Assembly: GCA_028279595.1 (NCBI GenBank)
Contig: JANQNK010000003.1
Coordinates: 92,404 to 156,403 of the forward strand
DNA from: Thermoplasmatota archaeon
Lineage (GTDB): Archaea > Thermoplasmatota > JAKEGO01
Direction of reading: 5' to 3'
Length of the DNA: 64,000 nt
The first letter of the stretch is position 1, and every line of letters begins with the position of its first letter. The notes below the pieces were generated by a model. That model was given only the letters and a program-made list of their open reading frames with translations. It did not search any database and had not been told where the DNA came from. Positions 11,399 to 21,287 of the stretch are shown here, in pieces. The position numbers and the translations under genes were made by a program.

Positions 11399-12319
11399 CT
11401 AGATCCGTCCGTCGGACTTCAGGGCCCTGATCGTGTCGCTGATGTGCTCGGTCTCGAGCTTCCCGGTGTCTTCCTTCGCCACCCTTTCGGAGGTCATCCG
11501 GGGAACGTCCTTGATGACATGCCATGGGACCTTGACGAGGTAGGGCGTCCTGAGGTTGTGCGGGTGCCCGAAGGCCATCAGCTCGCCGGCGTGGTTGCCG
11601 TGGTCCGCAGTTGCGATGACCTTCCCTGTCATGTGCTCGAGAAGCTTGTCGACCTCGCCCATGACGAGGTCCAGGTTCTTCGTGTATCCGCTCCAGACCC
11701 GGTCCATGGGGACGGCCCCCTCCTTGGCGACCTTCCAGATCCCCTTCTTGTCGACCTCCTCGAGGGCGTCGTCGACGGAATGGAACGTGCCAGCATCCAC
11801 CCTGACGAGCTCTGCGTCGGCGATGAACGGGTGATGAGGTTGATTGTAATGGACGATGAGCCGCTTGTCCGGGTAACGGTTCAAGGCCTCGATCGCGGCA
11901 AGGGTCACTTCCTCGGGCGGCACGGTCTTCAGGTCGGCCGACCAGCCGAAGTCCCAGACATCGATGACCTTGTGGAACGGGACCCTTCCGAAGGTGCGTT
12001 TCAGATGGGTGGTGGCAAGGTGCGGGTTGCCTGCGATGTACACGATGTCCTTGCACTTGCCGCCGAAGTTCCATTCGGACCATTCCTGGGTCTCGCTGCC
12101 GCCTGAGACCTTCCATGGTACATCCATCTCGAGCCTGTCTGAGTACATGTCGTACCTGCAGGCGTCCAGAAGGATCAGGTGGTCCCACTCCTCCTCAACG
12201 ACCTTGACAGCATTGGCCTTGGAGAACTTGCGATAGCGCAGCCTGGCGTATCGTCTCAGGAATCGGATGTAGTTCCGATACAAGCCCTCCCATCCGAGGC
12301 GCTTCCAAGGGTTCACCAT
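11399..12319 (-). CDS. Alkaline-phosphatase-superfamily protein (phosphodiesterase/nucleotide pyrophosphatase-like)
   Basis: 306 aa. LILLDACRYDMY and IATADHGNHAGE resemble the metal-ligand blocks of the type I phosphodiesterase/AlkP core. No finer assignment is possible. Confidence 0.45.
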   Translation of the reverse strand: MVNPWKRLGWEGLYRNYIRFLRRYARLRYRKFSKANAVKVVEEEWDHLILLDACRYDMYSDRLEMDVPWKVSGGSETQEWSEWNFGGKCKDIVYIAGNPHLATTHLKRTFGRVPFHKVIDVWDFGWSADLKTVPPEEVTLAAIEALNRYPDKRLIVHYNQPHHPFIADAELVRVDAGTFHSVDDALEEVDKKGIWKVAKEGAVPMDRVWSGYTKNLDLVMGEVDKLLEHMTGKVIATADHGNHAGELMAFGHPHNLRTPYLVKVPWHVIKDVPRMTSERVAKEDTGKLETEHISDTIRALKSDGRI

Positions 12320-12469
12320 CTCGGCCGCTCCTGGTCAACGAATTCCAAGTCCGTTATTAACGTTAACTGTCGGGCCAGATGTCTCGGACGGTTTAACGAC
12401 GCGCGCGACGCCGTCCCCGGGAGGCGTCAATGCGTGTCGCGTTCGTCATCGAGGGTCTGCCCGTGGTAT

Positions 12470-13741
12470 CTATAGGAGCATCACTGCCAGCGTCAGGATC
12501 GTGGCGTTGGCGAGGAGGTCCATCGTGCTAGTTATCATCGGTACGACGACGTTGTCCGGATCGTAGCCGATCCGGATCGCGAAATAGGTGACGTAGTATG
12601 CCAGCAGGACCGCCGCTGCGGAGACCACTGTCCCAGCCATTATCGTCAGCATCACGAACGGAGGCATAGCGGGTGTGCCGATCCCGATGGCGAGCGCAAG
12701 CGTTCCGGCGATGGTGCCAGTGAAGGGCAGTATGATCAGTCCGACGAGGAACATGGCCGCCAGGTTGGTCCTTCCGAGCGCGTCCGGCCTGTGTCCGATC
12801 CTTGTCAGGCCCATGTAGTTCGCCGAGGAAAGCCTAGCTGCCAGGATACTCCCGATGTTGCCCGCCGCGACATTGAACGGCGGCAGCAGGACCAGGATGG
12901 CGGGATACTCGAAGATCAGGTCCTGGAACGTCATGAGAAGGAGTCCGGATGCGATCATTATCAGGGCGCTCGAAGTGAGGAACGGCGTCGACTGGCCCAT
13001 CATCCTGCGAACGTCCCTGTCCCTGAGCAGGGCGGCCGACGCGAGGGTGGCCAGTACCAGGACGATCCCAGTCAATTCGATGGTGGAGGCCGGCAGGACG
13101 ATGACGAGGTATCCCGCTGCAATGATGCTTGGCACGGCGATCAGGTCTCCCATGGCCGTGACCATGGGAACCGTCACGTTATCGGGATCGAAACCGCGCC
13201 TGTAGGAAACGGTCGCCACCCCGAAGGTCGCGATGAGCAACGGGAGCGACGAGATCAGGCTCCCCATCATGGATATGAAGACCATCTCCATCGGTCCGAT
13301 GGTCTCGAAACCGACCACAGCGGCCATGACAAAGCATAGCACACCAGCGACGAGCGACATCGTCAGCGTCTGGACAGCGATCACCCGGGCGCTCTGGTCC
13401 AGCGCGTGGCCACGGAACCTCGGTTCCATCTCACCCGTGTGGAGCATCGATCCGAGACGGCTGGCCAGTGCGCCGAAGATGTTCCCGCGCATCCCGATGG
13501 CCACCGGGATCAATACGATCAGTCCGGGAAGGTCCTCCAGTATGCCGGACCAGTGGCCCAGCAGGACTCCCGCTACGAAAGCGGTCATACCGAAGGCCAG
13601 GGCAGTGCTGCTCTGAAGGAACAGGCTACGATTGGTTGAAAAGAATATCCTCAGTCTCTTTCGGCGGACGGACCTGCCGGTAACCCCGAGGGTCGAGTGA
13701 TGAGCCCTTCGGACTCTCCCGTAGCCTGTGGGAGCCGGCAT
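12470..13741 (-). CDS. Divalent-cation (Mg2+) transporter with two MgtE-type membrane domains (SLC41-like)
   Basis: 423 aa, polytopic. It has an internal duplication, each half ending in DPDNV(T/V)VPM(V/I)T..(G/M)DL, plus GMRGNIFGALASRLGS and NVAAGNIGSILAARLSS. The start is uncertain because the first ~50 aa are non-hydrophobic. Confidence 0.7.
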   Translation of the reverse strand: MPAPTGYGRVRRAHHSTLGVTGRSVRRKRLRIFFSTNRSLFLQSSTALAFGMTAFVAGVLLGHWSGILEDLPGLIVLIPVAIGMRGNIFGALASRLGSMLHTGEMEPRFRGHALDQSARVIAVQTLTMSLVAGVLCFVMAAVVGFETIGPMEMVFISMMGSLISSLPLLIATFGVATVSYRRGFDPDNVTVPMVTAMGDLIAVPSIIAAGYLVIVLPASTIELTGIVLVLATLASAALLRDRDVRRMMGQSTPFLTSSALIMIASGLLLMTFQDLIFEYPAILVLLPPFNVAAGNIGSILAARLSSANYMGLTRIGHRPDALGRTNLAAMFLVGLIILPFTGTIAGTLALAIGIGTPAMPPFVMLTIMAGTVVSAAAVLLAYYVTYFAIRIGYDPDNVVVPMITSTMDLLANATILTLAVMLL

Positions 13742-13973
13742 GTATATCCTCCCCGGGACCCGGCAGTGTGGTCCCGGCCTGTCCTTTCGTGTGGTTCGGA
13801 TTGTTCGTCCATTTCTCTCCGCCTGTGGCTCTGGTTAACGTTCGAGTATATAAAGGGTTATGCTCAGTCCAGGACGGATCGGTGGAGCCTCCAGGTCCAT
13901 ACTGGAGGCCAGTCCATCAATTTATTATACGGCCTGTCCCTTCGAACGTCAGGCAGCGGTCCAGGAGGATACG

Positions 13974-15854
13974 ATGGCCCGAAAGCGTTCGATGTCCAGC
14001 TTCGACATCCTGGCGGAGACCAGGGAGCTCTCCCAGCTTCAGGGCTCCTGGTTCCAGAAGGCCTACTCCCCCACTCCGGATTCGCTCCTTGTCCGTCTGC
14101 GGAAGCAGGGCGGTGAGAAGGCCTCCCTATTGATGCAGAACGGCCGTTTCATACTCGACACTTCGGACGAGATAGCGATCCCCGATTCCCCCGGACATCT
14201 GGCCACCATGCTACGGAAGCACATCTCCAACATACCTCTCGAAAAGATAGAACAGCACGGTTTCGACCGCGTCGTCGTCCTCTCGTTCGGTCGGGAGATG
14301 TCCGTCCAGGTGGTCCTCGAGCTCTTCGGGAAGGGGAACACGCTACTCCTCAAGGACGGCAGGATTCTCGGCCTCCAGAGGTCGGAGGTATGGAAGGACA
14401 GGACCCTGAAGCCGGGCACCGACTACGTATTCCCGTCATCGCGTGCAGATCCGACCTCGATCGACATCGGAGGACTGAAGACCGCCCTGGAGGGCGGCCA
14501 CGACCTCGTGAGAGCCCTGGCCCTCGGCCTCAACCTCGGCGGAACATACGCCGAGGAGGTATGTCTCCTCTCCGGCATCGACAAGTCGACCGCTCCGGCA
14601 GAGCTGTCGCCCGGCGATGTCGAATCCGTTTACGATGGCATCCGCGGAATAATGACCGCTCTCGACAGTCCTAGGCCCAACGTCGTCATCTCCGACGGTG
14701 AGATGGTCGACGTCCTACCGATAGTGCTCAGACGCTACGAGGACATGGAGCTCGAGTTCACCGATGACTTCAATTCAGCTCTCGACAGGTACTTCGACCT
14801 CGAGGTGAGGGAGGAGGTCACCGTCGGCGCCGTCCGCGACGACCGCACCGTCAGGATCATGGAGAGACAGCGCATGTCCCTGGAGCAGTTCCGCAAGAGG
14901 GCGGACGAGGCACAGGCCATGGGCGACCTCATCTACGAACACTACCAGGTCTTCGACGGGGCTCTTAAAAGGGTCAACGAACTGATCTCCGACACCGACT
15001 GGGGCGTCATGAACGGGTCGCTACCCGACGGCATCCGGGCTAAGGACAGGTTCGGTTCCATCGAGGTCAAGGTACCCGGGACCGAGACATGGGTCCCGCT
15101 TGACATCCACAAGGACATCAACGCCAACAGCGCCGGGTTCTACGATGAGGCCAAGAAACTACGCTCGAAGGCCGACGGTGCAGAGGTGGCCATCGAAAGG
15201 AAGGCCGCTGAGAGGCGTTCCGGCGTGAAACGACGGGTCCGGAGGCGGTCGTTCAAGGTCGACTTCTGGTGGGAGCGGTACAGGTGGTGCCATACCACCG
15301 GTGGACACCTCGTCATGGGGGGCAGGGACAGGAAGACCAACGAACTCCTGGTCCGGAAGCACCTGAAGGACGGGGACATCTACGTCCACGCCGACATCCA
15401 CGGTGCGCCCTCGTGCGTCATGCAGGGCGGTGCCGAGGCCGACGACGAGGACAGACGTCAGGCCTGCGCGTTCGCGGCGATCTACTCGAAGGCATGGAAC
15501 TCCGGACTCGGAAGCGTCCCCGCCTACTGGGTGACCCCTGACCAGGTCTCCAGGACCCCCGAGAGTGGAGAGTACCTCCCGAGGGGTGCATTCATAGTCC
15601 GAGGCAAGCGGAACCACTATCATCATCTCCCGATGGAGCTCTGCATCGGCAACGTCGAGGTCGAGGGGAAGGTCAAGCTCATGGGCGGACCGCGCGAGTG
15701 CGTCGAGGCAATGACGAAGACCTTCATCGTGCTGGCACCCGGCGATACGAAGAAGGAGCACGTCAAGGAGCTGGCGGACAGCCTCTCGACGTCGACCGAG
15801 GAGGTCATGAGGGTCCTTCCGGGCCCCTACAGGATCGTGTCAAGGGAGGGCTGA
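13974..15854 (+). CDS. NFACT-family RNA-binding protein (RqcH/Rqc2 homologue; FbpA-N plus DUF814)
   Basis: Track ORF 13860..15854 trimmed to ATG 13974, which is preceded by AGGAGG (13963-13968). N-terminus SSFDILAETRELSQLQGSWFQKAY...HGFDRVVVLSFG. C-terminus GGHLVMGGRDRKTNELLVRKHLKDGDIYVHADIHGAPSCVM. Confidence 0.85.
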   Translation: MARKRSMSSFDILAETRELSQLQGSWFQKAYSPTPDSLLVRLRKQGGEKASLLMQNGRFILDTSDEIAIPDSPGHLATMLRKHISNIPLEKIEQHGFDRVVVLSFGREMSVQVVLELFGKGNTLLLKDGRILGLQRSEVWKDRTLKPGTDYVFPSSRADPTSIDIGGLKTALEGGHDLVRALALGLNLGGTYAEEVCLLSGIDKSTAPAELSPGDVESVYDGIRGIMTALDSPRPNVVISDGEMVDVLPIVLRRYEDMELEFTDDFNSALDRYFDLEVREEVTVGAVRDDRTVRIMERQRMSLEQFRKRADEAQAMGDLIYEHYQVFDGALKRVNELISDTDWGVMNGSLPDGIRAKDRFGSIEVKVPGTETWVPLDIHKDINANSAGFYDEAKKLRSKADGAEVAIERKAAERRSGVKRRVRRRSFKVDFWWERYRWCHTTGGHLVMGGRDRKTNELLVRKHLKDGDIYVHADIHGAPSCVMQGGAEADDEDRRQACAFAAIYSKAWNSGLGSVPAYWVTPDQVSRTPESGEYLPRGAFIVRGKRNHYHHLPMELCIGNVEVEGKVKLMGGPRECVEAMTKTFIVLAPGDTKKEHVKELADSLSTSTEEVMRVLPGPYRIVSREG

Positions 15855-17164
15855 CCACGTTCGTCGGTGTCGACGACACGGACTCCGCCGACGGGATGTG
15901 CACCACATATCTGGGACTGAGGATGATCGCCTCGCTTCCCGAGGGTGTCGACCTCATCGGCCACCCCCGCCTCGTCAGATTGAACCCGAACATCCCGTGG
16001 CGCACCCGCGGGAACGGCGCCGTCTCCTTCGAGGTCGGCACGGGTGCTGGAAAACCATCGATGATCGGTGAGTTCCAGGGCAAGGGCATCCGGTCCTATC
16101 CGGATTCAACGGGAGCTACGGTCAATGGACCGGACCTTCTCGAACTTCTATCATCATTGGTCGAGGACATATCTCACAGTGACCGCGAAGGCACCGATCC
16201 TGGCCTGGTCATCTCAAATTACGAGCTGCCCGACGAGGTCTACTGGACCGGCGTTCGAGGCGTCCACGAACAGGAAGGGATTCTAGAACTCCTCGAGGAT
16301 TCGCGTTGTCACCATCGTTCATGGGGGAACGGACGCGGTCTTATCGGCGCCGCCTGCTCGATAGCATGGCCGGGAAGCCTGGTCACCTACGAGGCGGTGT
16401 CATACCGGAAGGAGAACGCCTGGGGAACGCCTAGGTCGTTCGACGAAGACCAGTTCAGACTCCTCGACAGCGAGCACGGGACGTTCAGCACATCGGATCC
16501 CGGGACGGGCCGCGTGATGGCGGTCCCGAACACACCGTGTCCGATCCTCGCAGGCATCAGGGCGGAATCCCCCGACGTCGCTGAACGGGCACTTCTATCC
16601 CTCGATACAGAGGAGCCATCCGGACACCTCGTGTGGGCAACGAACCACGCCACCGACGATCACATCTCGCCGGTGCGGTCGGTGCGGGAGATATCCCCGT
16701 TCATGTCGGTCTCGATCACCGGTACCGTGGCTTCCGCACCGAGGACGGTAAAGGGTGGTCATGTCATAGTCGCCATCGACAGCGAAGGTACGGTCGACAT
16801 CGCCGCCTACGAGCCCACCAAGGGCCTCCGGGAGACGGTCCTTCAGCTCCGCGAGGGCGACCTCGTCACCGCCGTCGGAGGCGTCCGCGAGACTCCCCTC
16901 ACCATCAATCTCGAGAAGATCCGGATAGACCGGACGGTCGATAGATTTATCAAATCGGAGAACCCTGTATGCGATGCCTGCGGCAAGCACATGAAGTCCA
17001 AGGGAAGGGGTGCGGGCTACAGGTGCCAGGTGTGCGGGGCCACCGCATCCGAGAACGATGCAGATAGGGTCACCGTTCGCGCGCCTGACACCGGATGGTA
17101 CGAAGCCTCACCATCCGCCCGTCGACATCTGACGATGCCACTGGAAAGGCTCGACCGGTGCTAG
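15698..17164 (+). CDS. tiaS: tRNA(Ile2) 2-agmatinylcytidine synthetase TiaS (start codon unresolved)
   Basis: FVGVDDTDSADGMCTTYLG and LVRLNPNIPWRTRGNG are the conserved TiaS N-terminus, beginning at 15860. The C-terminus has a zinc ribbon (CDACG...CQVCG). The only canonical in-frame start upstream is GTG 15698, which overlaps the previous gene by 157 nt. Confidence 0.8.
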   Translation: MRRGNDEDLHRAGTRRYEEGARQGAGGQPLDVDRGGHEGPSGPLQDRVKGGLTTFVGVDDTDSADGMCTTYLGLRMIASLPEGVDLIGHPRLVRLNPNIPWRTRGNGAVSFEVGTGAGKPSMIGEFQGKGIRSYPDSTGATVNGPDLLELLSSLVEDISHSDREGTDPGLVISNYELPDEVYWTGVRGVHEQEGILELLEDSRCHHRSWGNGRGLIGAACSIAWPGSLVTYEAVSYRKENAWGTPRSFDEDQFRLLDSEHGTFSTSDPGTGRVMAVPNTPCPILAGIRAESPDVAERALLSLDTEEPSGHLVWATNHATDDHISPVRSVREISPFMSVSITGTVASAPRTVKGGHVIVAIDSEGTVDIAAYEPTKGLRETVLQLREGDLVTAVGGVRETPLTINLEKIRIDRTVDRFIKSENPVCDACGKHMKSKGRGAGYRCQVCGATASENDADRVTVRAPDTGWYEASPSARRHLTMPLERLDRC

Positions 17165-17165
17165 G

Positions 17166-20100
17166 ATGGAAGACTACTTCGCGGAACTCGAGAGAGAGGT
17201 CATGCGGACCTACGACATCGCCGAGCGATGCCGCTCGAAGGGTTTCGACATCGACGATCACGTCGAGATACCGATCGCCAAGGACCTGCCCGATCGTGTC
17301 GAACAGCTCGTCGGTCCCCCGGGTATCGCTGAGGTCATCCGCGACCTCGACGACGGCAACCGCGAGAGCACCGCCCTCAGGACGAGCGTCGCCATCGCGA
17401 AGGGCTCCAACGCTCCCACCGAGAGGGCCATAGACCAGGCGGTCAGAACCGGTCTCGCCATACTGACCGAGGGCATCCTCGTCGCCCCGCTCGAGGGCAT
17501 AGCGAGCGTCTACCTAGGCAACAACCCCGACGGCACGACCTATCTCGGGATCAAATTCTCTGGACCCATAAGATCCGCGGGAGGCACGGGCCAGGCTCTG
17601 AGCGTGCTCATCGGAGATATCGTCCGGCGCGAGCTCGGCATCGGCAGGTACAGGCCGACCGAGGCGGAGGTCCAGAGGTACAAGGAGGAGATCCCGCTGT
17701 ACAAGCGGTCGGTGAGCCTCCAGTACCTGCCCTCTGACCGCGAGCTCGACATAATCGTCCGCAACTGCCCAGTGTGCATCGACGGCGAGCCGACGGAGAA
17801 GATCGAGGTCTCGGGTCAGCGCGACCTCTCCAGGATCGATACCAACCGGGTCCGCGGCGGCATGTGCCTCGTCATCTCCGAGGGGATCGCGCTCAAGGCG
17901 TCCAAGATACTCAAGAACGTGTCCGCCCTCGGGATCGAGGGCTGGGAGTTCCTCGAGGAGTTCACGAAAGGCAACGACTCCGACGGCGGCAAGACGGTCG
18001 GTCCATCGGAGAAGTACATGAAGGACCTCATAGTCGGACGTCCCGTCTTCTCGCATCCGTCGAGGAAGGGCGGGTTCCGCCTTCGATACGGCCGGGGCCG
18101 CACCACTGGACTGGCCGCCATCGCCCTGAACCCGGCGACGATGACCGTGCTGGGCGAGTTCCTTGCCCTGGGGACCCAGATGAAGATCGAGCGTCCTGGA
18201 AAGGCCGGTGCGATAACCTCATGCACGACCATCGAGGGCCCCACGGTCCTGCTCAAGAACGGCGACGTTGTCCAGGTGGATGACCATTCCAAGGCCGCTG
18301 CGATCGTCGGCAACATCGCCGAGATCATCGACGTCGGGGAGGTCCTGATACCCTTCGGCGAGTTCGTCGAGAACAACCATCCGCTGCTACCGGGAGCGTA
18401 TTCGATCGAACGCTGGGCCGCCGAGCTCATGGCAGCCACGGGATCGGACTTCAGGACCGCCATGGACACCGCGGCATCGATAGACCTGGAGAGGTCGGTC
18501 GAGCTGTCAAGGGAGCACGGTATGCCGCTCCATCCCTCGTTCAACCTTCTCTGGCACGATATCACGATCAAGGAGGTACGGGCCCTCGGTGAGGCCGTCC
18601 GTGCCTCGGGAGACGGCGACCTCGCCATCCCGAACGACCCGGAACTCAAGCGATCGCTGGAGGAGCTCGCCTGCCCTCACAGGGTGGACGGAGAGACCCT
18701 GGTGATCGACGGACACGCGGCCGTACTTCGGTTCCTCCTGGCGAACGACGTCGATCCCGGTACGGACAAGAGCGTGCTGGACTACATATCCAGGGCCGCC
18801 GGGATCACCGTTCCCACCAAGTGCGCCACGCGGATCGGCGGGAGGATGGGCCGTCCGGAGAAGGCCGCGCCCAGGATGATGAAACCACCGGTCCACGGAC
18901 TGTTCCCGCTCGGCCAGCACGGAGGGAGCCAGAGGCTGCTCAGCAAGGCATCGGAGGCCGGTGCTATCACGGTCAAGATCGGTGCGCGGAAGTGCGAGGT
19001 CTGCGAGAACATAGGGTTCAAGCGGACCTGCTGCGGAAAGAGGACCCTGGACATGCCCGTGATGTCGAGGAAGATCGACGTCGGCAAGGCCACATCGGAC
19101 GCCGTCGCCGGCCTCGGTATAGGTACAATGCCCCCGATGAAGGGCGTCAAGGGCCTGATATCGGAAGGGAAGGTCCCGGAGCCGATAGAGAAGGGCGTCC
19201 TGAGGTCGCTCCACGGCGTCTTCATCAACAAGGACGGGACGGTCAGGTTCGAGTACATGGACGCTCCTCTGACACATTTCAAACCCATGGAGATAGGAAC
19301 CTCCGTCGAGAAGTTGAGGGACCTCGGATACACCGAGGACATCGCGGGAAGACCGTTGGAGAACGACGATCAGATCCTGGAGCTCAGGGTCCAGGACTTC
19401 ATCCCATCGCAGAACGGGGGCGAGTACATGGTCAACGTGGCCAAGTTCGTCGACGACCTTCTCATCCGGTTCTACGACGAGGAACCCTTCTTCAGGGCTT
19501 CCAAGCCAGAGGACCTGGTCGGACATCTGGTCGTCGGGCTGGCCCCCCATACATCGGGTGGCGTCCTCGGAAGGATAATCGGCTTCACCCCGACGCAATG
19601 CGGTTTCGCCCATCCATTCTACCACGCCGCCAAGCGCCGGAACTGCGACGGCGACGCGGACACCTTCTTCCTTCTGCTCGACGGACTCCTCAACTTCTCC
19701 AAGAGCTACCTTCCCTCTTCAAGAGGGGGCCAGATGGATGCACCCCTGGTCATGCCGATCCGGATCGACCCGAACGAGATCGACAAGGAGGCCCTGAACG
19801 TCGACGCAGGGTGGTACTACCCCGCCGAGTTCTACGAGGCCGCCGACAGCATGGCCGACCCGAAGGACGTCGCTCCGATGATGTCCCTGGTCAAGGACCT
19901 CGTGAAGGAGGGCAACGAGTTCACGGGATTCGGATTCACACACGACACCGCGGACCTGACGATCGGGCCGAAGAGCTCGGCCTACGGCGAACTGGGGTCC
20001 ATCACCAACAAGCTCGAGGCCCAGATGGAACTCGCACTCAAGATCCGCGCCGTGGACGAGGCCGACGTCGCCACCAGACTGATCGAGGGTCATCTGCTGC

Positions 20101-20423
20101 CGGACATCATGGGCAATCTGCGGACCTTCTGCCAGCAGGGCTTCCGCTGCGCCAAATGCAACTCCAAGTACCGCCGCGTACCGCTGTCGGGCAAGTGCAC
20201 ACGGTGCGGCAACAAGCTGATGTTGACGGTCCACGAGGGGAATGTCACCAAGTACATCGACATGGCCAAGGGCATCGCGGAGAAGTACCACGTGTCACCG
20301 TACGTCGCCCAGCGCATCGAGATGCTCGACATCTCCATCAGGACGATGTTCGACGAGAACAACGGCAAGAAGAAGAAGAGGAAGAAGGAGGCGCCTTCGA
20401 CATGCCTCGAGGATTATCTGTAG
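17166..20423 (+). CDS. polC: DNA polymerase D (II) large subunit DP2
   Basis: 1085 aa. MEDYFAELEREVMRTYDIAE..., central GxxxGLAPHTSGGVLGRIIG, C-terminal Zn motif CAKCNSKYRRVPLSGKCTRCG. No intein-sized insertion is apparent. Confidence 0.93.
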   Translation: MEDYFAELEREVMRTYDIAERCRSKGFDIDDHVEIPIAKDLPDRVEQLVGPPGIAEVIRDLDDGNRESTALRTSVAIAKGSNAPTERAIDQAVRTGLAILTEGILVAPLEGIASVYLGNNPDGTTYLGIKFSGPIRSAGGTGQALSVLIGDIVRRELGIGRYRPTEAEVQRYKEEIPLYKRSVSLQYLPSDRELDIIVRNCPVCIDGEPTEKIEVSGQRDLSRIDTNRVRGGMCLVISEGIALKASKILKNVSALGIEGWEFLEEFTKGNDSDGGKTVGPSEKYMKDLIVGRPVFSHPSRKGGFRLRYGRGRTTGLAAIALNPATMTVLGEFLALGTQMKIERPGKAGAITSCTTIEGPTVLLKNGDVVQVDDHSKAAAIVGNIAEIIDVGEVLIPFGEFVENNHPLLPGAYSIERWAAELMAATGSDFRTAMDTAASIDLERSVELSREHGMPLHPSFNLLWHDITIKEVRALGEAVRASGDGDLAIPNDPELKRSLEELACPHRVDGETLVIDGHAAVLRFLLANDVDPGTDKSVLDYISRAAGITVPTKCATRIGGRMGRPEKAAPRMMKPPVHGLFPLGQHGGSQRLLSKASEAGAITVKIGARKCEVCENIGFKRTCCGKRTLDMPVMSRKIDVGKATSDAVAGLGIGTMPPMKGVKGLISEGKVPEPIEKGVLRSLHGVFINKDGTVRFEYMDAPLTHFKPMEIGTSVEKLRDLGYTEDIAGRPLENDDQILELRVQDFIPSQNGGEYMVNVAKFVDDLLIRFYDEEPFFRASKPEDLVGHLVVGLAPHTSGGVLGRIIGFTPTQCGFAHPFYHAAKRRNCDGDADTFFLLLDGLLNFSKSYLPSSRGGQMDAPLVMPIRIDPNEIDKEALNVDAGWYYPAEFYEAADSMADPKDVAPMMSLVKDLVKEGNEFTGFGFTHDTADLTIGPKSSAYGELGSITNKLEAQMELALKIRAVDEADVATRLIEGHLLPDIMGNLRTFCQQGFRCAKCNSKYRRVPLSGKCTRCGNKLMLTVHEGNVTKYIDMAKGIAEKYHVSPYVAQRIEMLDISIRTMFDENNGKKKKRKKEAPSTCLEDYL

Positions 20424-20477
20424 AACGTAGACAGGGCCAATGCTGACCGTACTGGAATTATGTAAGTTCCAACTCGC

Positions 20478-21287
20478 CTAGTAGCCCTTGATCTGGAAGA
20501 TGCAGCGGTCCGCCCCGTCCAGGATGGCGGAGTCGATGTTCATGACGACATTGCCCATGACCTCGGATACCACGCGGGAATACAGACCCCGGCAGATCAT
20601 GCACAGGATCGGATTGCTGGCCTCGCTCTCCTGCCACGGGCAGACCTCGACCATCACGGAGCCCTTTCCGTCGTCGACCTCGAGCACTATCGGGTCGCCT
20701 CCGATCTCGGAGAGGATGCTGTTCGCGAACTCCAAGGCGGAGGAAAGGTCCTGTCCCGCGGACTCCTTGGCGCCGTAGAGCTCGGAGATGTCGTTGCACA
20801 TCTCGGAGATGAACATGTTCCTGACCTCGGGCTGGACGTTCTTCAGAAGCAGCGGCGTCAGGTTGATGAGGATCTTCCTGATCTTCTCCTGGGCCATGTT
20901 CTCGTCGATGAGCTGCTTCATCTTGAGGAGACATTTCGTCCTCGCCTTCAGCTCGAGATAGTTGACCGGTTTGACCAGGAAATCGTCGGCCCCCGCCTCG
21001 AGGCCCTTTAGATAGGACTCGAAGTCAGAGAGAGCGGTTATCATGATGATGGGTATGAGGGCAGTGGACTTGTCGGCGCGCAGCCTCCGGCAAACCTCGA
21101 ACCCGTCGACCTTCGGCATCATGACGTCAAGGAGAACCACGTCCGGGTCATCGGAATGTACCTTTTCAAGACCCTCCTCACCGTCGTATGCGGTCGATAC
21201 CTCGTAACCTTCCGACGTGAGGTGCGCGTGAAGCAATCTCACGTTCTCCACGTGGTCGTCCACCACGAGCACTCTGGGTTTCTTCAT
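20478..21287 (-). CDS. Response regulator: receiver domain plus Cys-containing V4R-like output domain
   Basis: 269 aa. REC region: VLVVDDH...VVLLDVMMPKVDG...ITAL...DFLVKP. The C-terminus ...VEVCPWQESEASNPILCMICRGLYSRVVSEVMGNVV...DGADRCIFQIKGY matches the V4R-type Cys pattern. The start overlaps the kinase stop (ATGA, 21284-21287). Confidence 0.75.
   Translation of the reverse strand: MKKPRVLVVDDHVENVRLLHAHLTSEGYEVSTAYDGEEGLEKVHSDDPDVVLLDVMMPKVDGFEVCRRLRADKSTALIPIIMITALSDFESYLKGLEAGADDFLVKPVNYLELKARTKCLLKMKQLIDENMAQEKIRKILINLTPLLLKNVQPEVRNMFISEMCNDISELYGAKESAGQDLSSALEFANSILSEIGGDPIVLEVDDGKGSVMVEVCPWQESEASNPILCMICRGLYSRVVSEVMGNVVMNIDSAILDGADRCIFQIKGY

Noticed and set aside
13742-13973. Track ORFs 13697..14116, 13768..14133 and the ATG at 13860 as an alternative NFACT start; also a hairpin CCTCCAG-GTCCATA-CTGGAGG (13894-13914)
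   Set aside because: The upstream ORFs are Pro/Ser/Arg-rich and lack the NFACT N-terminal pattern. That pattern begins right after ATG 13974, which has an AGGAGG 5 nt upstream. The TATATAAA at 13847-13854 is too close to ATG 13860 to serve it. The hairpin's role is unknown and too weak to call.
18507-20446. ORFs 18507..19625 (minus, 372 aa) and 18821..20446 (plus, 541 aa) within the PolD gene
   Set aside because: These are off-frame or antisense shadows of the DP2 gene, extremely Arg/Gly/Pro-rich and with no motifs.
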